Shown in pieces: positions 41,104 to 50,206 of a DNA stretch of 64,000 bases (position 1 is the first letter of the stretch; every line of letters starts with the position of its first letter). The position numbers and the translations under genes were made by a program. The stretch spans positions 1 to 64,000 of the IMG/VR virus record IMGVR_UViG_3300042319_002356; one strand, written 5' to 3'. The notes under the pieces were generated by a model. It saw only the letters and a program-made list of their open reading frames with translations. It was not told the DNA's origin and searched no databases. This DNA comes from a virus.

Positions 41104-42201
41104 ATGAAAATAAACACCAAAATCTCTTTACTTTTCAAAACCATATCAAATTTAGTTTTTGGTGAAACAAAAAAAGAAATGTCTGAAACTGATAAGTTTA
41201 TTGACAGAGCGACAATTGTTTCTATGACTGATGAGAAAGGTAGAATTACCTATGTTAATGAAAAGTTTGAAAAGATATCAGGTTATAAATTAGATGAGGT
41301 TAAAGGTAAAGACCACTCAATAGTTAATTCGGGATTACAACCCGATGGGTATTGGAGAAATATGTATAAGACGGTATTGAAGGGTGAGATATGGAATGAT
41401 ATTGTTTGTAATAAAGCAAAAGATGGTAGTCATTACTGGGTTGATACATACATTAGAGCTCGTTTTGATGAGGACGGGAAGTTAGAAGGGTTCTCATCAA
41501 TTAGACAAGATGTTACCAAAATTATGGAACAATCTGTTGAACTAGATAGGAAGAACACCTATTTAGAACACGCTGCCAAGATATTAAGACACGATATGCA
41601 CTCTGGTATTAACACTTATATGCCAAGAGGTCTTAGTTCGTTGGAGAGAAGAATAACTAACGAAGACATTACCAATCTTAAAATTGAAGCCCCACTTAAA
41701 ATGATTAAAGAGGGACTCAAACATTCTCAGAAAGTTTATAGAGGAGTTTATGAGTTTACCAATCTAGTGAAAAAGGATGTGGTTCTTAATAAAGAACAAT
41801 GTAACATCAAGGACATTCTCAAGGACTATTTGTCTTCGACGGCCTACGTCAGTCAGGTAATATTAGATGATAATTTACCATCTGTGGAAGTAAACGAACC
41901 ATTATTTTGTACTGCGGTTGATAACCTTATCCGTAATGGATTAAAGTATAATGACTCAGACACCAAGTTTGTTAAAATATATTCTGATGAAAACTCAATT
42001 TACATTCAGGATAATGGTAGAGGTATCACTCAGGAAGATTTTGAACACCTATCTAAACCATATGTAAGAAAAGAGGGACAGAAAGAAAGTGGAAGTGGAT
42101 TAGGATTGAACATTTGTGTTGCAATTCTTAAAGAACACGGGTTTGAAATTACCTGTGAGAAAAATGAAACTGGAACTAAAATGAAAATTAAATACAAATG
42201 A
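41104..42201 (+). CDS. Cytoplasmic PAS-domain sensor histidine kinase
   Basis: PAS/PAC (TDEKGRITYVNEKF...HSIVNSG...NKAKDGSHYWVD), H-box RHDMHSG, N-box NLIRNGLKY, G1 QDNGRGI, G2 GSGLGL. Confidence 0.9.
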   Translation: MKINTKISLLFKTISNLVFGETKKEMSETDKFIDRATIVSMTDEKGRITYVNEKFEKISGYKLDEVKGKDHSIVNSGLQPDGYWRNMYKTVLKGEIWNDIVCNKAKDGSHYWVDTYIRARFDEDGKLEGFSSIRQDVTKIMEQSVELDRKNTYLEHAAKILRHDMHSGINTYMPRGLSSLERRITNEDITNLKIEAPLKMIKEGLKHSQKVYRGVYEFTNLVKKDVVLNKEQCNIKDILKDYLSSTAYVSQVILDDNLPSVEVNEPLFCTAVDNLIRNGLKYNDSDTKFVKIYSDENSIYIQDNGRGITQEDFEHLSKPYVRKEGQKESGSGLGLNICVAILKEHGFEITCEKNETGTKMKIKYK

Positions 42202-42809
42202 AAAAGTTATTATTAATCTGTTTTATGTTAATGTCTTTTGTTGGATATACACAATACCCAATAAAGACAATCTTTAAGGGTGATTCAGTTATTATCTTAA
42301 CCATTGAGCAATCTGAAAAGATTAATGAAATGTTAGATAAAACATCAAAATCTATTAAAGATAGCAATAAAAAAACTAAAGAATATGAATCGGAAATTCA
42401 AAAGTTAAATACCGTATTGAATAACCAAAATGCGTATATTGATAGTTTATCTAATCTTTTATTACAAAGATGGACTTGTAATGAAGACATTTACGATAGC
42501 ATATGGACATGGGCTCTAGGACCTTCAATCATCTACACCATGTATCCTGATGATAGTACGGTTTATGTAATGGACTTATCACATTATTATATGACAACTA
42601 ATGATTTTGGTATAGTAATGGCAAGAATGACAGACAAAGAATATCTTAAATACAAAGCATTTATTTCAAAGTATGGACTTAGTGAGGAAGCGTTTTGGAG
42701 ATTTAGAAATGAGATGAAAGTAAAAAGACTTAATGATGATAAGATGAAAGATAAGAAAGAATGGAAAAGTAAAATGGTTCTTGAAAAGAAAGAGGAGGAA
42801 GAGAAATGA
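42198..42809 (+). CDS. Secreted/periplasmic coiled-coil protein of the signalling cassette
   Basis: Signal peptide MKKLLLICFMLMSFVGYTQ; ATGA coupling on both sides. Confidence 0.7.
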   Translation: MKKLLLICFMLMSFVGYTQYPIKTIFKGDSVIILTIEQSEKINEMLDKTSKSIKDSNKKTKEYESEIQKLNTVLNNQNAYIDSLSNLLLQRWTCNEDIYDSIWTWALGPSIIYTMYPDDSTVYVMDLSHYYMTTNDFGIVMARMTDKEYLKYKAFISKYGLSEEAFWRFRNEMKVKRLNDDKMKDKKEWKSKMVLEKKEEEEK

Positions 42810-44152
42810 GAAATTATTTAATATCTACACTATTTTTAGTTAGTCTTCAATCTTACTCACAAGATACCACAGACTTCTCAATTAAACCTAATTGGGTTAG
42901 TCCAGAAAAAAATCTAGAAGTAATTCAAAAGGATAGTGTATTAAAATCTAATATCATTACTGATGTGATTGATAGAATAATACCTAATTGGGCACCACCC
43001 GAAAAAGTATTTGAACAACCAAAAGAAGAACTTTCACCTGAGGATGTGAAACAATTAGAAGAAGACGTGAAATTCATGTCAGATTTACCACAATCATACA
43101 AACAAGTGTCCAAAGAGGATTTAAAAAATGTTTTGGTTTTGATTGATAATAAAATAGTTCAATTAAAGGCCGAATTGGATGCGTTGTTAAAAGCAAGAAA
43201 TGCTAACCAGGAAGTTATCAAATCAAAACAAAGTACTTTAACGGTATTAGAAAAAGAAAAGAGTATTATCAATTTAACTTTAACTGAAGGTGAATTAAAA
43301 GATGAAAACGGAAATTTAATTGGTCAAAACGATGAGTTAAAGATAGAACAAGATAAACTTAAAAAGTATCTTTATTTTGCTCTCGGTGGAATCGCCTTAC
43401 TTGGATTAATTGTTGCGGTAGTATTACAAAGAAAGAAGATACAAGTTCAGGATGTTGAGATTCAAAATCAACTTGATGAAATTAATAAGAAGAATAGTTA
43501 CTTGGAACACGCTGCGAGAATTATCCGACATGATATGCACTCAGGTATTAACACATATATGCCAAGAGGTATTAGTTCATTAGAGAAAAGATTGACCACT
43601 GAGGACATTCAAAAGTTAAAAATTGAAGGAGCTTTGAAGATGGTTAAAGAAGGTCTTAACCACACCCAACGAGTATATAAAAGTGTATACGAATTTACCA
43701 ATCTTGTTAAACAAAATGTAGTATTAAATAAAACTATGGTTGATGTTAAGGACTTGGTATGGAAATACATTTCACCCAATTCATATAGTTCTCAGGTTGA
43801 GATATCTGATTTAGGTCAATTAGAAGTTAATGAGATTTTATTTTGTAATGCGGTTGAGAACTTAATTAAAAACGGACTAACATATAATGATAGTCAGGAT
43901 AAGAAAGTTAAAATTTATTTGGACGAGGATTATATAATCGTAGAGGATAATGGTAAAGGTTTTTCTCAGAAACAATTTGAGAAACATCTTAAAAAATATG
44001 CGACAAAGAAAGAGTTTAGTGAAGATGAGAAAGGGTTGGGGTTAAACATTTGTGTTGCAATATTAGAAGAACATGGTTATAAACTCTCCTGTGAAAAAAT
44101 TGAGACAGGAACTAAAATGAAAATAAAAATAAAAAAAGAAAAAAATGATTGA
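42806..44152 (+). CDS. Membrane-bound sensor histidine kinase (signal peptide, periplasmic coiled coil, 1 TM)
   Basis: Signal peptide, coiled coil, TM YLYFALGGIALLGLIVAVVL, H-box RHDMHSG, NLIKNGLTY, EDNGKG, GLGL. Confidence 0.88.
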   Translation: MRNYLISTLFLVSLQSYSQDTTDFSIKPNWVSPEKNLEVIQKDSVLKSNIITDVIDRIIPNWAPPEKVFEQPKEELSPEDVKQLEEDVKFMSDLPQSYKQVSKEDLKNVLVLIDNKIVQLKAELDALLKARNANQEVIKSKQSTLTVLEKEKSIINLTLTEGELKDENGNLIGQNDELKIEQDKLKKYLYFALGGIALLGLIVAVVLQRKKIQVQDVEIQNQLDEINKKNSYLEHAARIIRHDMHSGINTYMPRGISSLEKRLTTEDIQKLKIEGALKMVKEGLNHTQRVYKSVYEFTNLVKQNVVLNKTMVDVKDLVWKYISPNSYSSQVEISDLGQLEVNEILFCNAVENLIKNGLTYNDSQDKKVKIYLDEDYIIVEDNGKGFSQKQFEKHLKKYATKKEFSEDEKGLGLNICVAILEEHGYKLSCEKIETGTKMKIKIKKEKND

Positions 44153-44576
44153 TTCAATTTTGTTGGTGGATGATGAAGATTTGTTTCACCTGGTATTTGA
44201 AGATAGTTGTTCGTTGTTGGACATCACTCTATCTTTAAAATCACTGAACTCTGCGGATGAGGCAGCTAAACTATTTGCGGAATGGCAGAAAAATCCAAAC
44301 GGAAGACCTGAATGTGTGTTTGTGGATTTAAATATCATCGGGTCATCTTTTGATGGTATTGAACTTATTAGAAAGATTAACTTTGAGTATGGTAATCACG
44401 TTGTTATTGGTATCATATCCTCAAGTAACGAACCTGAAGAACAGGCAAAGGCAGTTCAAGCAGGTGCTCAATTTTGGATTATTAAGTCAGATGAGATTGA
44501 ACCAAGATTGGAAGAGTTCAAAAAAGATTATGACGGATTTAAAAACAGAACACAATCGTTTAAAGTATATAAGTAA
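44145..44576 (+). CDS. Stand-alone response regulator receiver (CheY-like)
   Basis: ILLVDDED, phosphoacceptor VFVDLN, IISSS, WIIK; no output domain. Confidence 0.88.
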   Translation: MIDSILLVDDEDLFHLVFEDSCSLLDITLSLKSLNSADEAAKLFAEWQKNPNGRPECVFVDLNIIGSSFDGIELIRKINFEYGNHVVIGIISSSNEPEEQAKAVQAGAQFWIIKSDEIEPRLEEFKKDYDGFKNRTQSFKVYK

Positions 44577-45259
44577 TGGTAATTGATAAGAATACAAAGA
44601 AAGAATTGATTGAAATCTTCCAAACTAAAAACATTGGTTTGGAAGGTAATATCATTAAGCTCATTGACCCTGAAGGTGATGAGGAGTTTTCTGAGTATTT
44701 AAAACAATGTGTTGATAAGGACGGAGCAACAAGACGCAAACGACTTGAAATGACTAAGAAAGTCCAAGTTCAAAATGCTGAACTTACCAAATTGAATGAT
44801 GAGAATCAAAGAATGATGGAAGAACTTCAAAATACTTTAACAAGTATTGAAGAACAAAAAAGTCAAATTGAAGCTCAAAATCATGAGTTAATTGAGTGGA
44901 AAAAAGAAAACGAAAAAATAGGCGCCGAACTTGTTGAAGCAATGAAGCAATCGGAACAAGCGAGAGTTATTGCTGAAAACGCAAAGAACGAAGCCGAGAA
45001 CAACTTGGATTTAATTCAAAAGAAAACTCAATTTGAGTTGATAAATAATATTGTTAAGGTTGCCTTATATGTCATCATTGGTGTTGGAGGGATAACTACT
45101 GGAATTTATGTTTATTCTATGTCAATAGGAATGGATACGGACATTATCGGCTCCACTTGGAGTAATATGTTTGGTATTCTATTAACAAATAGTTTCAGTA
45201 TTGTCGGAACAATACTTGGTGTAAAATATGGGACAAGTCCTAACAAAGATGATAAATAA
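44576..45259 (+). CDS. Coiled-coil protein with two C-terminal TM helices
   Basis: Long Q/E/K heptads followed by two hydrophobic helices; TAATG coupling. Confidence 0.75.
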   Translation: MVIDKNTKKELIEIFQTKNIGLEGNIIKLIDPEGDEEFSEYLKQCVDKDGATRRKRLEMTKKVQVQNAELTKLNDENQRMMEELQNTLTSIEEQKSQIEAQNHELIEWKKENEKIGAELVEAMKQSEQARVIAENAKNEAENNLDLIQKKTQFELINNIVKVALYVIIGVGGITTGIYVYSMSIGMDTDIIGSTWSNMFGILLTNSFSIVGTILGVKYGTSPNKDDK

Positions 45260-45277
45260 ACCTAAAAAATAAAAAAA

Positions 45278-45787
45278 ATGAGTAGATTAAAAAAAATGTT
45301 ATTTGGAGAAACACCTTATGTGAAGGTGGAAGATAAAAATCGTTTCTATTATATGTTGCAACAAATGCAAGCTAATAGATGGAAGATTACAGGGATTGTA
45401 TTGTTCTTGTTCTTCTTCATAATTTTTGGTATCAATATGGCAGTAATGTTCAACATTGAAATTGCTGAAAACTGGAAGGAGATGTTATTAATCCTTTTGG
45501 GTGCTTTTGTTGGTAACCTTAATAAAGTTGTGGATTATTGGTTTAACTCTGAAGATAGAGATAAAATGTTAATCCAAAAGGTTGACGAGGAAGACGGAAG
45601 TAGTTTATCCAACGTAAGTGAATTCCCAACAGCTCCAAGACCTCCACAAGAACCAATTATTATTGTTAAAAAAGAAGAAGTTGTTTCTGAACCTGAACCA
45701 ATGGTTTATGAAGAACCACTTCCATATGAGGAACCTTTGGCCGATGATGGATATGAAACTCCACCTTCAGATGAAGAAAATATCTAA
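45278..45787 (+). CDS. 2-TM membrane protein (holin-like) with acidic Pro-rich tail
   Basis: TM1 ITGIVLFLFFFIIFGINMAVMF; TM2 MLLILLGAFVGNLNKVVDYWF. Confidence 0.65.
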   Translation: MSRLKKMLFGETPYVKVEDKNRFYYMLQQMQANRWKITGIVLFLFFFIIFGINMAVMFNIEIAENWKEMLLILLGAFVGNLNKVVDYWFNSEDRDKMLIQKVDEEDGSSLSNVSEFPTAPRPPQEPIIIVKKEEVVSEPEPMVYEEPLPYEEPLADDGYETPPSDEENI

Positions 45788-45795
45788 AAAAAAAG

Positions 45796-45824
45796 AAACC
45801 CGGTTTGATAAATCGGGTTTTTTG
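45796..45824 (+). terminator. Rho-independent terminator closing the signalling cassette
   Basis: aaacccggttt-gat-aaatcgggttt followed by ttt. Confidence 0.8.
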
Positions 45825-45835
45825 TTTTACATTTG
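45804..45835 (+). promoter_or_regulatory. Bacteroidota-type promoter overlapping the terminator
   Basis: TTTG-N20-TACATTTG; ATG at 45840. Confidence 0.65.
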
Positions 45836-45839
45836 TGGT

Positions 45840-46229
45840 ATGAAAAACTTTGACCTCAATAAATTTATGTTTGGATTCTTTATAACGGCATTAATTGTAT
45901 TTGGAATCCTTTTAACTTATATCTCCTTTAATCTGTATGAGAGACCAACTCCTCCAAAGAATGAATTGAAGATTCAAAAGAACGTTGATGAACCAGTTGT
46001 TAATGACACAACAATTGTTGAACAAAAAGGGGATAACCTTTGGCCAATTAAAGTTGTGAGTGTTGAAAAATCGTATGAAAAAGATACTCCTAAATGGCAA
46101 GTAGTTACTGAGAATGGTGTGATGTTCTACACCAATAAGAAACCAAAGGTTGGTGATATTGCGTTTTACATAAACGATAATGATGATATAACTAATAAGA
46201 ATGGTAGAGTGGAAATTACAAGACAATGA
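45840..46229 (+). CDS. Membrane-anchored hypothetical protein
   Basis: N-terminal TM; ATG 4 nt after TACATTTG. Confidence 0.6.
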   Translation: MKNFDLNKFMFGFFITALIVFGILLTYISFNLYERPTPPKNELKIQKNVDEPVVNDTTIVEQKGDNLWPIKVVSVEKSYEKDTPKWQVVTENGVMFYTNKKPKVGDIAFYINDNDDITNKNGRVEITRQ

Positions 46230-46413
46230 TAACTACATTGGTCTATACAAGAATTACATTCTTCGTGTAGAACAGATGGGTCCGCAGAAATGGTGGTGGG
46301 CTGTGTATAAGGACAACGAAGATTTATGTTACGATAACCCTTTTACAAGAAACTCTGAATATGGAAAAAAACTTGCAGAACAATGTGTCAGAGATGACGA
46401 AAGTGAAAGTTAG
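46201..46413 (+). CDS. Hypothetical protein
   Basis: LRVEQM..WWWAVY small phage protein. Confidence 0.55.
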   Translation: MVEWKLQDNDNYIGLYKNYILRVEQMGPQKWWWAVYKDNEDLCYDNPFTRNSEYGKKLAEQCVRDDESES

Positions 46414-46555
46414 ATTCCCAAATGAATCTTTTTTTCAGGAAATACCAATTGATTTAAGTATATTTGTACCACATAAAGAATTTGATGATGAAACATTCGG
46501 ATATTACAAAGGAAACTACATCTCAGTCAGAAAAAACAACGGAAGTTATTTTTAA
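46394..46555 (+). CDS. Small hypothetical protein
   Basis: Overlaps the 5' end of the next ORF; uncertain. Confidence 0.35.
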   Translation: MTKVKVRFPNESFFQEIPIDLSIFVPHKEFDDETFGYYKGNYISVRKNNGSYF

Positions 46556-48212
46556 AGTTGTTTTACCTCAATACTTTACTCAATTTTTTGATAAAGTTGA
46601 TGATAAAGATTTACCTGATGAGAATGATATTTTTGGTGCGAAATCATATATGGTTCGTTACGAAAAAGATGGAGAATATTATACATTAGGTAAATCAGAT
46701 AGAACCGAAGAAACCCTAATCAAAAACTATGGTAACACTAGTTGTGAAAGTTACATTCGTAGGGTAACTATTGTGGTTGAAAAATATGACGATAAGGTAT
46801 CAATTAAATTATTTGACTTTACTAAACGAAGAGGATTTGGTAAGAAATACTTTAAGAAATCACCTAATTGTATTTATCTTACATACAATAAAAAAACAAA
46901 TGACTTATTCTACGGGACAACTACCAAAGTAAGACACAAAAGGTCGTCAACCATAAAGAGAAACAGGTTTGAGGCGGCCAAAAGGTTTTACGCTGCATTA
47001 CACACTACTTGTGAAAATCTTAAAGCTAATTACTATGCCCAAGTTGACCCAATATGTTCTGATGAAATAATCGTTAGTGCTATATCGGCAAAAACATTAT
47101 CGTGGAATAAGTTTATTTCTGAGATTGACCCAGAGTTCTTCAACGAAAATTGTTATTTGGGTGAGGGGGAGAAGTTTTTCAAATATTATCTAACTAAACG
47201 TAATATCAAGTATCCTGATAATTTTGAACATTATATGTCTCTTAACAGAGTTGATTCGCGATTACTTAAAAAATCAGGTAGAAATCTAGTCGACGGAATT
47301 ATGTTAAAATATGGTCTAACTGGTAAAAAAATAAAACGTGTATTACATAGTATTGATTCTCAAATACACACCCATGCAATAAAAGCATTTAGTGAAACTT
47401 TCGGTGAAGATATTCTTAAAAAAATTACTGATAACCAATTAAAAAAGTTATTAGAAATGTCTTATTATGGTCTTACATTAGATTCTTACGGACTTAAATA
47501 CTTTATAAATAATTGTTCTAAAAAAGAATATAACAATTTTTTTAAAATAGTTTTAATAGAACATATTGAAAACTCATCTGTTGATATTGCAACTTTGTTA
47601 GACCATTTAAGATTTTATAAATTTTTGAAAGAAGAAATGGAAACGGATGTTGAGTGGAAATCATATGACCTTAAATCATTCAGAGAAGAACACGTTGACT
47701 ACTCAACAGAGTACTCCAAGTTGAAAAATGTTCTATCTGTTAACAGGAAATACGGTGAAAAATTCAAAGAGAGTGTTAATGAGGTTTTTGAATATAACGG
47801 ACAACAATATTACCCAGTGTTACTTGAAGAAAATAAGGATTACATACTAGAATCAGTTGTTCAATCAAATTGTGTGAGAACTTATGTTGAAAGTCCAAGT
47901 ATGATTATTTCATTTAGAATCGGAGAACCTGATTCAGATGATAGAGCTAGTTTGGAATATAAGTTGACAAAAAGAAATAATAGATTAAGATTAAATAGAG
48001 TTCAGAGTAGAATAAGATTTAACCAATCACTACCTGATGAGTTAGAAAACGTTTGTCAAATGTTTGATTCATATTTGAATAGTTTGATGGATGATTTTGA
48101 AACTCCAAAATTAATAAAAGAAAGATTTTATGGTAACGAAGAGTTATCATTAGTGGAAGAAAAAGGTATTTTTAAATGGAACGACAAGACAACAAACAAT
48201 TTACTCTTTTAG
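46485..48212 (+). CDS. PcfJ-like domain protein (start uncertain)
   Basis: C-terminal DH...H...ESVVQSNCVRTY...Q.R..FN resembles the PcfJ E..M.HCV..Y motif. Confidence 0.6.
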   Translation: MMKHSDITKETTSQSEKTTEVIFKVVLPQYFTQFFDKVDDKDLPDENDIFGAKSYMVRYEKDGEYYTLGKSDRTEETLIKNYGNTSCESYIRRVTIVVEKYDDKVSIKLFDFTKRRGFGKKYFKKSPNCIYLTYNKKTNDLFYGTTTKVRHKRSSTIKRNRFEAAKRFYAALHTTCENLKANYYAQVDPICSDEIIVSAISAKTLSWNKFISEIDPEFFNENCYLGEGEKFFKYYLTKRNIKYPDNFEHYMSLNRVDSRLLKKSGRNLVDGIMLKYGLTGKKIKRVLHSIDSQIHTHAIKAFSETFGEDILKKITDNQLKKLLEMSYYGLTLDSYGLKYFINNCSKKEYNNFFKIVLIEHIENSSVDIATLLDHLRFYKFLKEEMETDVEWKSYDLKSFREEHVDYSTEYSKLKNVLSVNRKYGEKFKESVNEVFEYNGQQYYPVLLEENKDYILESVVQSNCVRTYVESPSMIISFRIGEPDSDDRASLEYKLTKRNNRLRLNRVQSRIRFNQSLPDELENVCQMFDSYLNSLMDDFETPKLIKERFYGNEELSLVEEKGIFKWNDKTTNNLLF

Positions 48213-48493
48213 ATAAAATAGACACAAGTATTTTATCTGAAATGACTTATGTTGATTTAGTGAGTCCTGAAATAATCCAAAAATTGAAGGAAAAGTATCC
48301 TATTTTTATTGCTAATACAAAATATCAAGATGGTCAAGTTTATTACTATGATATGGTTTTTCAAGTGAAAACATACTATTTATATTTTACACGAAATGAA
48401 AATGAGGTATACTCAAGTCTTAAAATATATTATCCTGAGTCAAAACTTGAAGAGCTCAAGATTTTCATAAATTCTATATTTAAACAAAAATGA
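48176..48493 (+). CDS. Hypothetical protein
   Basis: 105-aa ORF with ATGA coupling. Confidence 0.55.
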   Translation: MERQDNKQFTLLDKIDTSILSEMTYVDLVSPEIIQKLKEKYPIFIANTKYQDGQVYYYDMVFQVKTYYLYFTRNENEVYSSLKIYYPESKLEELKIFINSIFKQK

Positions 48494-48807
48494 AAAAAGT
48501 AATCAAAGAAGAAGTGGTTAGAAATTTAGAAAGTAATGGAACTTTCGTAGTTAAATTTGAAGCTGATTGGTGCGGACCATGTAGAATGTTAACCGAAGTA
48601 TTCAACGGAGTTGACAAAGAATTAAACGAACAATACCCATCTATTCAGACCTTTAGATTTGACATTGATTCTGATGTGGAGTATGCTAAAAGTTTCAATA
48701 TCAGAGGGGTACCAGTATTAATTGCATTCAAAGAAGGTAAAGAAGTTGGAAGAAAAGTAGGACTTATTAGCGATAAACAAATCCTTGATTTTTATTCTAC
48801 ACTATGA
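48490..48807 (+). CDS. trxA: Thioredoxin
   Basis: ADWCGPC, IRGVP. Confidence 0.9.
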   Translation: MKKVIKEEVVRNLESNGTFVVKFEADWCGPCRMLTEVFNGVDKELNEQYPSIQTFRFDIDSDVEYAKSFNIRGVPVLIAFKEGKEVGRKVGLISDKQILDFYSTL

Positions 48808-49082
48808 AAGAGTTAGTTGTTTTTTCAATGAAGAGTTGTCCATTCTGTCAGATTATGAAGGACAAATTAAATGAGGAAAACATTCCTTTCATAAACATGG
48901 ACATTGAAGAACATGAAGAAGAGTATAAAATGTTTATGGAATTAGTTGAAGGTAATGAATTTGTCCCGGCATTAATGGTTATTGATGAGGATAATCCCGA
49001 ACAAAGGATTACACCAATGGCTCCTGATAGGGATTATAAAACAATTGAAGAGGGTATTGAAAAAGTCAAAAATTTGCTGTAA
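48804..49082 (+). CDS. Glutaredoxin/NrdH-like
   Basis: CPFC, FVP. Confidence 0.8.
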   Translation: MKELVVFSMKSCPFCQIMKDKLNEENIPFINMDIEEHEEEYKMFMELVEGNEFVPALMVIDEDNPEQRITPMAPDRDYKTIEEGIEKVKNLL

Positions 49083-49091
49083 ATTAGCAAA

Positions 49092-49619
49092 ATGAAAGAA
49101 TTGACATTTAAAAAGAAAGGGGTGGTTTACACCCCTTTGACATACTGGCAAGTTGATAAAAAAAATACAATTGCTATCTATCAGGGAGGTAGAGGTGCTC
49201 GTCCCGATTTAGATTTTATTGTGAAACATAAGGAAGAAGGTAAACGGTTACGAACTCCGTCACATACTCATTGGATTGTTGATTTGATTACCAAAGCTCA
49301 ATACGATAAAGGTAGAGTAAAATTATATGTTGAAGATATGATTAAACTTTATGATGAATGCGAACCCTTCAAAACCGAAGAGGAAAGAAACTCATATAAG
49401 TTACAGTGTCCCACAAAAATGTGGTTTGACCATATTATGTTAGAGGATAGAGGATATTATCCATTACAGGTTTTAACCACATTTATTGAGTTATTCTCCA
49501 AATGTGAAAAACAAACACCAGATGCGTTTATGTTCAGAAACCTATTGGTATTGGTTAAAGAATACTGTGAGGGTAAGAAAGATTTTTACCAAATTGTAGG
49601 ATATTCTAAAAGGGTATAA
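49092..49619 (+). CDS. Hypothetical protein
   Basis: 175-aa ORF; RLRTPSHTHW motif. Confidence 0.6.
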   Translation: MKELTFKKKGVVYTPLTYWQVDKKNTIAIYQGGRGARPDLDFIVKHKEEGKRLRTPSHTHWIVDLITKAQYDKGRVKLYVEDMIKLYDECEPFKTEEERNSYKLQCPTKMWFDHIMLEDRGYYPLQVLTTFIELFSKCEKQTPDAFMFRNLLVLVKEYCEGKKDFYQIVGYSKRV

Positions 49620-49630
49620 TATTTATTTGT

Positions 49631-50206
49631 ATGAAAAGAATTATTTTATCAGAATCTGAAAAACAAAACATTTTATCTAATTATAATTTATTAATTGAGG
49701 GTATTTCTGAAGACCAGCAATCAATGATGAAATTTAAAAATGATTTTATGTCTAAGAGTTATGGCGAAATTGCTGATGGTTTAGAAAAAATGAAATCGGC
49801 ACCTGGATTAACATCTGATGACATTTCACAAATTGACCAAGCGGTTCTTTATTTAAGAAAAAATAATGCATTATCTGGAACTGCAAAACAAATGGTTAAT
49901 AAAAAATTTGATGAATACATAAACGATAGACCTGAGGTTGCTAAGAATATGTTATGTTATTTAATTAACAAAAATCCTGAATATTCTAATCCTGAAATGA
50001 AATCTTTTTGTGACGGAGGTTCAAAATCTAAAGAGATTACCAAGAATATTGAAGATACTATTAAAAAATCTATAGATAATAATAAAATTGAAGAACCAAA
50101 AAAAGTAGAGATAAAAAAATCAAATAATTCAGGTTCATTTATGAATCCTTATTCTAGTGGTTCAAATACATCACCTGGCTCGTTTATGAACCCTTACGGA
50201 AGTTAA
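49631..50206 (+). CDS. Hypothetical protein (putative head-packaged)
   Basis: N-terminal MKRIILSESEK..IL; TATTTAT 4 nt upstream; duplicated GSFMNPY at the C-terminus. Confidence 0.6.
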   Translation: MKRIILSESEKQNILSNYNLLIEGISEDQQSMMKFKNDFMSKSYGEIADGLEKMKSAPGLTSDDISQIDQAVLYLRKNNALSGTAKQMVNKKFDEYINDRPEVAKNMLCYLINKNPEYSNPEMKSFCDGGSKSKEITKNIEDTIKKSIDNNKIEEPKKVEIKKSNNSGSFMNPYSSGSNTSPGSFMNPYGS

